Shown here: positions 10,201-24,200 of the stretch, one piece after another
How positions within the stretch are numbered: the first letter of the stretch is position 1
Layout of the letters: every line of letters starts with the position of its first letter
Origin: Eledone cirrhosa
Taxonomy: Eukaryota
NCBI GenBank assembly: GCA_964016885.1
Contig: OZ024740.1
Coordinates: forward strand, 88,164,001 to 88,228,000
Length of the DNA stretch: 64,000 nucleotides
Direction: 5' to 3'
Notes under the pieces: model-generated
The model's database searches: none
Seen by the model: only the letters and a program-made list of their open reading frames with translations
What the model was told of the DNA's origin: nothing
Made by a program: the position numbers and the translations under genes

Positions 10201-13200
10201 ACACAGCAACATGTTGTGGTAGAGACAACAGAGTCAGTAGCACCAGTAATACAATGACATGTTGTGGTAGAAGTATGACAGTAACAACAACAACACTGAC
10301 ACAGCAACATGTTGTGGTAGAGATTACAGTGTCAGTAACACCAGTAATACAATGACATGTTGTGGTAGAAGTATGACAGTAACAACAACAACACTGACAC
10401 AGCAACATGTGGTAGAGATAACGGTGTCAGTAACACCAGTAATACAATGACATGTTGTGGTAGAAGTATGACAGTAACAACAACAACACTGACACAGCAA
10501 CATGCTGTGGTAGAAATAACGGTGTCAGTAACACCAGTAATATAATGACATGTTGTGGTAGAAGTATGACAGTAACAACAACACTGACACAGCAACATGC
10601 TGTGGTAGAGATAACTGTGTCAGTAACACCAGTAATACAATGACATGTTGTGGTAGAACTACGACAGTAACAACAACAACACTGACACAGCAACTTGTTG
10701 TGGTAGAGATTACAGTGTCAGTAACACCAGTAATACAATGACATGTTGTGGTAGAAGTATGACAATATCAACAACAACACTGACACATCAACATGTTGTG
10801 GTAGAGATAACAGAGTCAGTAACACCAGTAATACAATGACATGTTGTGGTAGAAGTATGACAGTAACAACAACAGGACTGACACAGCAACATGTGGTAGA
10901 GATAACTGTGTCAGTAACACCAGTAATACAATGACATGTTGTGGTAGAAGTATGACAGTAACAACAACAGGACTGACACAGCAACATGGTGGGGTAGAGA
11001 TTACAGCGTCACTAACACCAGTAATAAGATGACATGTTGTGGTAGAAGTATGACAGTAACAACAACAACACTGACACAGCAACATGTTGTGGTAGAGATT
11101 ACAGTGTCAGTAACACCAGTAATACAATGACATATTGTGGTAGAAGTATGACAGTAACAACAACAACACTGACACAGCAACATGTTGTGGTAGAGATAAC
11201 AGTGTCAGTAACACCAGTAACACAATGACATATTGTGGTAGAAGTATGACAGTAACAACAACACTCACACAGCAACATGCTGCGGTAGAAATAACGGTGT
11301 CAGTAACACCAGTAATACAATGACATGTTGTGGTAGAAGTATGACAATAACAGCAACAACACTGACACAGCAACATGTTGTGGTAGAGATAACAGTGTCA
11401 GTAACACCAGTAATACAATGACATGTTGTGGTAGAAGTATGACAGTAACAACAACAACACTGACACAGCAACATGTTGTGGTAGAGATTACAGTGTCAGT
11501 AACACCAGTAATACAATGACATGTTGTGGTAGAAGTATGACAGTAACAACAACAACACTGACACAGCAACATGTTGTGGTAGAGATAACGGTGTCAGTAA
11601 CACCAGTAATACAATGACATGTTGTGGTAGAAGTATGACAGTAACAACAACAACACTGACACAGCAACATGCTGTGGTAGAGATAACGGTGTCAGTAACA
11701 CCAGTAATACAATGACATGTTGTGGTAGAAGTATGACAGTAACAATAACAACACTGACACAGCAACATGCTGTGGTAGAGATGACGGTGTCACTAACACC
11801 AGTAATACAATGACATGTTGTGGTAGAAGTATAACAGTAACAACAACACTGACACAGCAACATGTTGCGGTAGAGATAAGTGTCAGTAACACCAGTAATA
11901 CAATGACATATTGTGGTAGAAGTATGACAGTAACAACAACAACACTGACACAGCAACATGTTGTGGTAGAGATAACAGTGTCAGTAACACCAGTAACACA
12001 ATGACATGTTGTGTTAGAAGTATGACAGTAACAACAACAACACTGACACAGCAACATGTTGTGGTAGAGATAACAGTGTCAGTAACACCAGTAACACAAT
12101 GACATGTTGTGTTAGAAGTATGACAGTAACAAGAACAACACTGACACAGCAACATGCTGTGGTAGAGATAACAGTGTCAGTAACACCAGTAACACAATGA
12201 CATGTTGTGTTAGAAGTATGACAGTAATAACAACAACACTGACACAGCAACATGCTGTGGTAGAGATAACAGAGTCAGTAACACCAGTAATACAATGACA
12301 TGTTGTGGTAGAAGTTTGACAGTAACAACAACAGGACTGACACAGCAACATGTTGTGGTAGAGATAACGGTGTCAGTAACACCAGTAATACAATGACATG
12401 TTGTGGTAGAAGTATGACAGTAACAACAACACTGACACAGCAACATGCTGTGGTAGAGATTACAGTGTCAGTAACACCAGTAATACAATGACTTGTTGTG
12501 GTAGAAGTATGACAGTAACAACAACAACACTGACACAGCAACATGTGGTAGAGATAACGGTGTCAGTAACACCAGTAATACAATGACATGTTGTGGTAGA
12601 AGTATGACAGTAACAACAACACTGACACAGCAACATGCTGTGGTAGAGATTACAGTGTCAGTAACACCAGTAATACAATGACATGTTGTGGTAGAAGTAT
12701 GACAGTAACAACAACAACACTGACACAGCAACATGTTGTGGTAGAGATAACGGTGTCAGTAACACCAGTAATACAATGACATGTTGTGGTAGAAGTATGA
12801 CAGTAACAACAACAACACTGACACAGCAACATGCTGTGGTAGAGATAACGGTGTCAGTAACACCAGTAATACAATGACATGTTGTGGTAGAAGTATGACA
12901 GTAACAATAACAACACTGACACAGCAACATGCTGTGGTAGAGATGACGGTGTCACTAACACCAGTAATACAATGACATGTTGTGGTAGAAGTATGACAGT
13001 AACAACAACACTGACACACAACATGTTGCGGTAGAGATAAGTGTCAGTAACACCAGTAATACAATGACATATTGTGGTAGAAGTATGACAGTAACAACAA
13101 CAACACTGACACAGCAACATGTTGTGGTAGAGATAACAGTGTCAGTAACACCAGTAACACAATGACATGTTGTGTTAGAAGTATGACAGTAACAACAACA

Positions 13201-16041
13201 ACACTGACACAGCAACATGTTGTGGTAGAGATTACAGTGTCAGTAACACCAGTAACACAATGACATGTTGTGTTAGAAGTATGACAGTAACAACAACAAC
13301 ACTGACACAGCAACATGTTGTGGTAGAGATAACAGTGTCAGTAACACCAGTAACACAATGACATGTTGTGTTAGAAGTATGAATGTAACAACAACAACAC
13401 TGACACAGCAACATGTTGTGGTAGACATTACAGTGTCAGTAACACCAGTAACACAATGACATGTTGTGTTAGAAGTACGACAGTAACAACAACAACACTG
13501 ACACAGCAACATGTTGTGGTAGAGATAACAGTGTCAGTAACACCAGTAACACAATGACATGTTGTGTTAGAAGTATGACAGTAACAAGAACAACACTGAC
13601 ACAGCAACATGCTGTGGTAGAGATAACAGTGTCAGTAACACCAGTAACACAATGACATGTTCTGTTAGAAGTATGACAGTAATAACAACAACACTGACAC
13701 AGCAACATGCTGTGGTAGAGATAACAGAGTCAGTAACACCAGTAATACAATGACATGTTGTGGTAGAAGTTTGACAGTAACAACAACAGGACTGACACAG
13801 CAACATGTTGTGGTAGAGATAACGGTGTCAGTAACACCAGTAATACAATGACATGTTGTGGTAGAAGTATGACAGTAACAACAACACTGACACAGCAACA
13901 TGCTGTGGTAGAGATTACAGTGTCAGTAACACCAGTAATACAATGACATGTTGTGGTAGAAGTATGACAGTAACAACAACAACACTGACACAGCAACATG
14001 TGGTAGAGATAACGGTGTCAGTAACACCAGTAATACAATGACATGTGGTAGAAGTATGACAGTAACAACAACACTGACACAGCAACATGCTGTGGTAGAG
14101 ATTACAGTGTCAGTAACACCAGTAATACAATGACATGTTGTGGTAGAAGTATGACAGTAACAACAACAACACTGACACAGCAACATGTTGTGGTAGAGAC
14201 AACAGAGTCAGTAGCACCAGTAATACAATGACATGTTGTGGTAGAAGTATGACAGTAACAACAACAACACTGACACAGCAACATGTTGTGGTAGAGATTA
14301 CAGTGTCAGTAACACCAGTAATACAATGACATGTTGTGGTAGAAGTATGACAGTAACAACAACAACACTGACACAGCAACATGTGGTAGAGATAACGGTG
14401 TCAGTAACACCAGTAATACAATGACATGTTGTGGTAGAAGTATGACAGTAACAACAACAACACTGACACAGCAACATGCTGTGGTAGAAATAACGGTGTC
14501 AGTAACACCAGTAATATAATGACATGTTGTGGTAGAAGTATGACAGTAACAACAACACTGACACAGCAACATGCTGTGGTAGAGATAACTGTGTCAGTAA
14601 CACCAGTAATACAATGACATGTTGTGGTAGAACTACGACAGTAACAACAACAACACTGACACAGCAACTTGTTGTGGTAGAGATTACAGTGTCAGTAACA
14701 CCAGTAATACAATGACATGTTGTGGTAGAAGTATGACAATATCAACAACAACACTGACACATCAACATGTTGTGGTAGAGATAACAGAGTCAGTAACACC
14801 AGTAATACAATGACATGTTGTGGTAGAAGTATGACAGTAACAACAACAGGACTGACACAGCAACATGTGGTAGAGATAACTGTGTCAGTAACACCAGTAA
14901 TACAATGACATGTTGTGGTAGAAGTATGACAGTAACAACAACAGGACTGACACAGCAACATGGTGGGGTAGAGATTACAGCGTCACTAACACCAGTAATA
15001 AGATGACATGTTGTGGTAGAAGTATGACAGTAACAACAACAACACTGACACAGCAACATGTTGTGGTAGAGATTACAGTGTCAGTAACACCAGTAATACA
15101 ATGACATATTGTGGTAGAAGTATGACAGTAACAACAACAACACTGACACAGCAACATGTTGTGGTAGAGATAACAGTGTCAGTAACACCAGTAACACAAT
15201 GACATATTGTGGTAGAAGTATGACAGTAACAACAACACTCACACAGCAACATGCTGCGGTAGAAATAACGGTGTCAGTAACACCAGTAATACAATGACAT
15301 GTTGTGGTAGAAGTATGACAATAACAGCAACAACACTGACACAGCAACATGTTGTGGTAGAGATAACAGTGTCAGTAACACCAGTAATACAATGACATGT
15401 TGTGGTAGAAGTATGACAGTAACAACAACAACACTGACACAGCAACATGTTGTGGTAGAGATTACAGTGTCAGTAACACCAGTAATACAATGACATGTTG
15501 TGGTAGAAGTATGACAGTAACAACAACAACACTGACACAGCAACATGTTGTGGTAGAGATAACGGTGTCAGTAACACCAGTAATACAATGACATGTTGTG
15601 GTAGAAGTATGACAGTAACAACAACAACACTGACACAGCAACATGCTGTGGTAGAGATAACGGTGTCAGTAACACCAGTAATACAATGACATGTTGTGGT
15701 AGAAGTATGACAGTAACAATAACAACACTGACACAGCAACATGCTGTGGTAGAGATGACGGTGTCACTAACACCAGTAATACAATGACATGTTGTGGTAG
15801 AAGTATAACAGTAACAACAACACTGACACAGCAACATGTTGCGGTAGAGATAAGTGTCAGTAACACCAGTAATACAATGACATATTGTGGTAGAAGTATG
15901 ACAGTAACAACAACAACACTGACACAGCAACATGTTGTGGTAGAGATAACAGTGTCAGTAACACCAGTAACACAATGACATGTTGTGTTAGAAGTATGAC
16001 AGTAACAACAACAACACTGACACAGCAACATGTTGTGGTAG
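8001..16041. repeat. Higher-order tandem duplication, period 3974 bp (41 monomers), apparently identical copies
   Basis: ORF pairs from 8040/12014 through 11810/15784 have identical translations and a constant 3974 offset. Shared rare markers include TGACTTGTT, GTTCTGTTAG, TAATAAGATG and the 89-bp monomer. Confidence 0.92.
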
Positions 16042-17220
16042 GGATTACAGTGTCAGTAACACCAGTAACACAATGACATGTTGTGTTAGAAGTATGACAG
16101 TAACAACAACAACACTGACACAGCAACATGTTGTGGTAGAGATAACAGTGTCAGTAACACCAGTAACACAATGACATGTTGTGTTAGAAGTATGACTGTA
16201 ACAACAACAACACTGACACAGCAACATGTTGTGGTAGACATTACAGTGTCAGTAACACCAGTAACACAATGACATGTTGTGTTAGAAGTATGACAGTAAC
16301 AACAACAACACTGACACAGCAACATGTTGTGGTAGAGATAACAGTGTCAGTAACACCAGTAACACAATGACATGTTGTGTTAGAAGTATGACAGTAACAA
16401 GAACAACACTGACACAGCAACATGCTGTGGTAGAGATAACAGTGTCAGTAACACCAGTAACACAATGACATGTTGTGGTAGAAGTATGACAGTAACAACA
16501 ACACTCACACAGCAACATGCTGTGGTAGAAATAACGGTGTCAGTAACACCAGTAATACAATGACATGTTGTGGTAGAAGTATGACTGTAACAACAACACT
16601 CACACAGCAACATGCTGTGGTAGAAATAACGGTGTCAGTAACACCAGTAATACAATGACATGTTGTGGTAGAAGTATGACAGTAACAGCAACAACACTGA
16701 CACAGCAACATGTTGTGGTAGAGATAACAGTGTCAGTAACACCAGTAATACAATGACATGTTGTGGTAGAAGTATGACAGTAACAACAACAACACTGACA
16801 CAGCAACATGTCGTGGTAGAGATAACAGTGTCAGTAACACCAGTAATACAATGACATGTTGTGGTAGAAGTATGACAGTAACAACTACAACACTGACACA
16901 GCAACATGCTGTGGTAGAAATAACGGTGTCAGTAACACCAGTAATACAATGACATGTTGTGGTAGAAGTATGACAGTAACAACAACAACACTGACACAGC
17001 AACATGTGGTAGAAATAACGGTGTCAGTAACACCAGTAATACAATGACATGTTGTGGTAGAAGTATGACAGTAACAACAACACTGACACAGCAACATGCT
17101 GTGGTAGAAATAACAGTGGCAGTAACACCAGTAATACAATGACATGTTGTGGTAGAAGTATGACAGTAACAATAACAACACTGACACAGCAACATGCTGT
17201 GGTAGAGATGACGGTGTCAG

Positions 17221-17272
17221 TAACACCAGTAATACAATGACATGTTTAACACCAGTAATACAATGACATGTT
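17221..17272 (+). repeat. 26-bp internal tandem duplication giving a 124-bp monomer (also at 20743, 40626, 54782, 58880)
   Basis: TAACACCAGTAATACAATGACATGTT occurs twice in direct succession. The ORF start step 17195 to 17319 is 124 bp. Confidence 0.93.
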
Positions 17273-20200
17273 GTGGTAGAAGTATGACAGTAACAACAAC
17301 AACACTGACACAGCAACATGTTGTGGTAGAGATAACTGTGTCAGTAACACCAGTAATAGAATGACATGTTGTGATAGAAGTATGACAGTAACAACAACAC
17401 TGACACAGCAACATGCTGTGGTAGAAATAACAGTGGCAGTAACACCAGTAATACAATGACATGTTGTGGTAGAAGTATGACAGTAACAAGAACAACACTG
17501 ACACAGCAACATGTTGTGGTAGAGATAACAGTGTCAGTAACACCAGTAATACAATGATATGTTGTGGTAGAAGTATGACAGTAACAACAACACTGACACA
17601 GCAACATGTTGTGGTAGAGATAACAGTGTCAGTAACACCAGTAATACAATGACATGTTGTGGTAGAAGTATGACAGTAACAACAACAACACTGACACAGC
17701 AACATGCTGTGGTAGAGATGACGGTGTCAGTAACACCAGTAATACAATGACATGTTGTGGTAGAAGTATGACAGTAACAACAACACTGACACAGCAACAT
17801 GTTGCGGTAGAGAAAACAGTGTCAGTAACACCAGTAATACAATGACATGTTGTGGTAGAAGTATGACAGTAACAACAACAACACTGACACAACAACATGT
17901 TGTGGTAGAGATTACAGTGTCAGTAACACCAGTATTACAATGACATGTTGTGGTAGAAGTATGACAGTAACAACAACAACACTGACACAGCAACATGTTG
18001 TGGTAGAGATTACAGTGTCAGTAACACCAGTAATACAATGACATGTTGTGGTAGAAGTATGACAGTAACAACAACAACACTGACACAGCAACATGTTGCG
18101 GTAGAGATAACAGTGTCAGTAACACCAGTAATACAATGACATGTTGTGGTAGAAGTATGACAGTAACAACAACACTGACACAACAACAGGCTGTGGTAGA
18201 GATTACAGTGTCAGTAACACCAGTAATACAATGACATGTTGTGGTAGAAGTATGACAGTAACAACAACAACACTGACACAGCAACATGTTGCGGTAGAGA
18301 TAACAGTGTCAGTAACACCAGTAATACGATGACATGTTGTGGTAGAAGTATGACAGTAACAACAACACTGACACAGCAACAGGCTGTGGTAGAGATTACA
18401 GTGTCAGTAACACCAGTAATACAATGACATGTTGTGGTAGAAGTATGACAGTAACAACAACAACACTGACACAGCAACATGTTGTGGTAGAGATTACAGT
18501 GTCAGTAACACCAGTAATACAATGACATATTGTGGTAGAAGTATGACAGTAACAACAACAACACTGACACAGCAACATGTTGTGGTAGAGATAACAGTGT
18601 CAGTAACACCAGTAACACAATGACATATTGTGGTAGAAGTATGACAGTAACAACAACACTCACACAGCAACATGCTGCGGTAGAAATAACGGTGTCAGTA
18701 ACACCAGTAATACAATGACATGTTGTGGTAGAAGTATGACAATAACAGCAACAACACTGACACAGCAACATGTTGTGGTAGAGATAACAGTGTCAGTAAC
18801 ACCAGTAATACAATGACATGTTGTGGTAGAAGTATGACAGTAACAACAACAACACTGACACAGCAACATGTTGTGGTAGAGATTACAGTGTCAGTAACAC
18901 CAGTAATACAATGACATGTTGTGGTAGAAGTATGACAGTAACAACAACAACACTGACACAGCAACATGTCGTGGCAGAGATAACAGTGTCAGTAACACCA
19001 GTAATACAATGACATGTTGTGGTAGAAGTATGACAGTAACAACAACAACACTGACACAGCAACATGTTGTGGTAGAGATAACGGTGTCAGTAACACCAGT
19101 AATACAATGACATGTTGTGGTAGAAGTATGACAGTAACAACAACAACACTGACACAGCAACATGCTGTGGTAGAGATAACGGTGTCAGTAACACCAGTAA
19201 TACAATGACATGTTGTGGTAGAAGTATGACAGTAACAATAACAACACTGACACAGCAACATGCTGTGGTAGAGATGACGGTGTCACTAACACCAGTAATA
19301 CAATGACATGTTGTGGTAGAAGTATGACAGTAACAACAACACTGACACAGCAACATGTTGCGGTAGAGATAAGTGTCAGTAACACCAGTAATACAATGAC
19401 ATATTGTGGTAGAAGTATGACAGTAACAACAACAACACTGACACAGCAACATGTTGTGGTAGAGATAACAGTGTCAGTAACACCAGTAACACAATGACAT
19501 GTTGTGTTAGAAGTATGACAGTAACAACAACAACACTGACACAGCAACATGTTGTGGTAGAGATTACAGTGTCAGTAACACCAGTAACACAATGACATGT
19601 TGTGTTAGAAGTATGACAGTAACAACAACAACACTGACACAGCAACATGTTGTGGTAGAGATAACAGTGTCAGTAACACCAGTAACACAATGACATGTTG
19701 TGTTAGAAGTATGACAGTAACAACAACAACACTGACACAGCAACATGTTGTGGTAGAGATAACAGTGTCAGTAACACCAGTAACACAATGACATGTTGTG
19801 TTAGAAGTATGACAGTAACAAGAACAACACTGACACAGCAACATGCTGTGGTAGAGATAACAGTGTCAGTAACACCAGTAACAGAATGACATGTTGTGTT
19901 AGAAGTATGACACTAATAACAACAACACTGACACAGCAACATGCTGTGGTAGCGATAACAGTGTCAGTAACACCAGTAACACAATGACATGTTGTGGTAG
20001 AAGTATGACAGTAACAACAACACTCACACAGCAACATGCTGTGGTAGAAATAACGGTGTCAGTAACACCAGTAATACAATGACATGTTGTGGTAGAAGTA
20101 TGACTGTAACAACAACACTCACACAGCAACATGCTGTGGTAGAAATAACGGTGTCAGTAACACCAGTAATACAATGACATGTTGTGGTAGAAGTATGACA

Positions 20201-21289
20201 GTAACAGCAACAACACTGACACAGCAACATGTTGTGGTAGAGATAACAGTGTCAGTACCACCAGTAATACAATGACATGTTGTGGTAGAAGTATGACAGT
20301 AACAACAACAACACTGACACAGCAACATGTCGTGGTAGAGATAACAGTGTCAGTAACACCAGTAATACAATGACATGTTGTGGTAGAAGTATGACAGTAA
20401 CAACTACAACACTGACACAGCAACATGCTGTGGTAGAAATAACGGTGTCAGTAACACCAGTAATACAATGACATGTTGTGGTAGAAGTATGACAGTAACA
20501 ACAACAACACTGACACAGCAACATGTCGTGGTAGAGATAACAGTGTCAGTAACACCAGTAATACAATGACATGTTGTGGTAGAAGTATGACAGTAACAAC
20601 AACACTGACACAGCAACATGTTGTGGTAGAGATAACAGTGTCAGTAACACCAGTAATACAATGACATGTTGTGGTAGAAGTATGACAGTAACAATAACAA
20701 CACTGACACAGCAACATGCTGTGGTAGAGATGACGGTGTGAGTAACACCAGTAATAGAATGACATGTTTAACACCAGTAATACAATGACATGTTGTGGTA
20801 GAATTATGACAGTAACAACAACAACACTGACACAGCAACATGTTGTGGTAGAGATAACAGTGTCAGTAACACCAGTAATACAATGACATGTTGTGGTAGA
20901 AGTATGACAGTAACAACAACAACACTGACACAGAAACATGCTGTGGTAGAGATGACGGTGTCAGTAACACCAGTAATACAATGACATGTTGTGGTAGAAG
21001 TATGACATTAACAACAACAACACTGACACAGCAACATGTTGTGGTAGAGATTACAGTGTCAGTAACACCAGTATTACAATGACATGTTGTGGTAGAAGTA
21101 TGACAGTAACAACAACAACACTGACACAGCAACATGTTGTGGTAGAGATTACAGTGTCAGTAACACCAGTAATACAATGACATGTTGTGGTAGAAGTATG
21201 ACACTAACAACAACAACACTGACACAGCAACATGTTGCGGTAGAGATAACAGTGTCAGTAACACCAGTAATACAATGACATGTTGTGGT

Positions 21290-24200
21290 AGAAGTATGAC
21301 AGTAACAACAACACTGACACAGCAACAGGCTGTGGTAGAGATTACAGTGTCAGTAACACCATTAATACAATGACATGTTGTGGTAGAAGTATGACAGTAA
21401 CAACAACAACACTGACACAGCAACATGTTGCGGTAGAGATAACAGTGTCAGTAACACCAGTAATACGATGACATGTTGTGGTAGAAGTATGACAGTAACA
21501 ACAACACTGACACAGCAACAGGCTGTGGTAGAGATTACAGTGTCAGTAATACCAGTAATACAATGACATGTTGTGGTAGAAGTATGACAGTAACAACAAC
21601 AACACTGACACAGCAACATGCTGTGGTAGAGATAACGGTGTCAGTAACACCAGTAATACAATGGCATGTTGTGGTAGAAGTATGACAGTAACAACAACAA
21701 CACTGACACAGCAACATGTTGTGGTAGAGATAACGGTGTCAGTAACACCAGTAATACAATGACATGTTGTGGTAGAAGTATGACAGTAACAACAACAGGA
21801 CTGACACAGCAACATGTTGTGGTAGAGATAACGGTGTCAGTAACACCAGTAATACAATGACATGTTGTGGTAGAAGTATGACAGTAACAACAACAACACT
21901 GACACAGCAACATGCTGTGGTAGAGATTACAGTGTCAGTAACACCAGTAATACAATGACATGTTGTGGTAGAAGTATGACAGTAACAACAACACTGACAC
22001 AGCAACATGCTGTGGTAGAGATAACAGTGTCAGTAACACCAGTAATACAATGACATGTTGTGGTAGAAGTATGACAGTAACAACAACACTGACACAGCAA
22101 CATGCTGTGGTAGAGATAATAGTGTCAGTAACACCAGTAATACAATGACATGTTGTGGTAGAAGTATGACAGTAACAACAACACTGACACAGCAACATGC
22201 TGTGGTAGAGATTACAGTGTCAGTAACACCAGTAATACAATGACATGTTGTGTTAGAAGTATGACAGTAACAACAACAACACTGACACAGCAACATGCTG
22301 TGGTAGAGATTACAGTGTCAGTAACACCAGTAATACAATGACATGTTGTGGTAGAAGTATGACAGTAACAACAACAACACTGACACAGGAACATGCTGTG
22401 GTAGAGATAATAGTGTCAGTAACACCAGTAATACAATGACATGTTGTGGTAGAAGTATGACAGTAACAACAACACTGACACAGCAACATGCTGTGGTAGA
22501 AGTAACAGTGGCAGTAACACCAGTAATACAATGACATGTTGTGGTAGAAGTATGACAGTAACAACAACAACACTGACACAGCAACATGCTGTGGTAGAGA
22601 TAATAGTGTCAGTAACACCAGTAATACAATGACATGCTGTGGTAGAAGTATGACAGTAACAACAACACTGACACAGCAACATGCTGTGGTAGAAGTAACA
22701 GTGGCAGTAACACCAGTAATACAATGACATGTTGTGGTAGAAATATGACAGTAACAACAACAACACTGACACAGCAACATGCTTTGGTAGAGATAATAGT
22801 GTCAGTAACACCAGTAATACAATGACATGTTGTGGTAGAAGTATGACAGTAACAACAACACTGACACAGCAACATGCTGTGGTAGAGATAACGGTGTCAG
22901 TAACACCAGTAATACAATGACATGTTGTGGTAGAAGTATGACAGTAACAACAACACTGACACAGCAACATGCTGTGGTAGAGATAACAGTGTCAGTAACA
23001 CCAGTAATACAATGACATGTTGTGGTAGAAGTATGATAGTAACAACAACACTGACACAGCAACATGCTGTGGTAGAAGTAACAGTCGCAGTAACACCAGT
23101 AATACAATGACATGTTGTGGTAGAAGTATGACAGTAACAACAACAACACTGACACAGCAACATGCTTTGGTAGAGATAATAGTGTCAGTAACACCAGTAA
23201 TACAATGACATGTTGTGGTAGAAGTGTGACAGTAACAACAACACTGACACAGCAACATGTTGTGGTAGAGATTACAGTGTCAATAACACCAGTAATACAA
23301 TGACATGTTGTGGTAGAAGTATGACAGTAACAACAACAACACTGACACAGCAACATGTTGTGGTAGAGATTACAGTGTCAGTAACACCAGTAATACAATG
23401 ACATGTTGTGGTAGAAGTATGACAGTAACAACAACAACACTGACACAGCAACATGCTGTGGTAGAGATTACAGTGTCAGTAACACCAGTAATACAATGAC
23501 ATGTTGTGGTAGAAGTATGATAGTAACAACAACACTGACACAGCAACATGCTGTGGTAGAGATAACAGTGTCAGTAACACCAGTAATACAATGACATGTT
23601 GTGGTAGAAGTATGACAGTAACAACAACAACAACACTGACACAGCAACATGCTGTGGTAGAGATAACAGTGTCAGTAACACCAGTAATACAATGACATGT
23701 TGTGGTAGAAGTATGACAGTAACAACAACAACACTGACACAGCAACATGTTGTGGTAGAGATAACAGTGTCAGTAGCACCAGTAATACAATGACATGTTG
23801 TGGTAGAAGTATGACAGTAACAACAACAACACTGACACAACAACATGTTGTGGTAGAGACAACAGAGTCAGTAACACCAGTAATACAATGACATGTTGTG
23901 GTAGAAGTATGACAGTAACAACAACAACACTGACACAGCAACAGGCTGTGGTAGAGATAATAGTGTCAGTAACACCAGTAATACAATGACATGTTGTGGT
24001 AGAAGTATGACAGTAACAACAACACTGACACAGCAACATGCTGTGGTAGAGATAACAGTGTCAGTAACACCAGTAATACAATGACATGTTGTGGTAGAAG
24101 TATGACAGTAACAACAACACTGACACAGCAACATGCTGTGGTAGAGATAACAGTGTCAGTAACACCAGTAATACAATGACATGTTGTGGTAGAAGTATGA

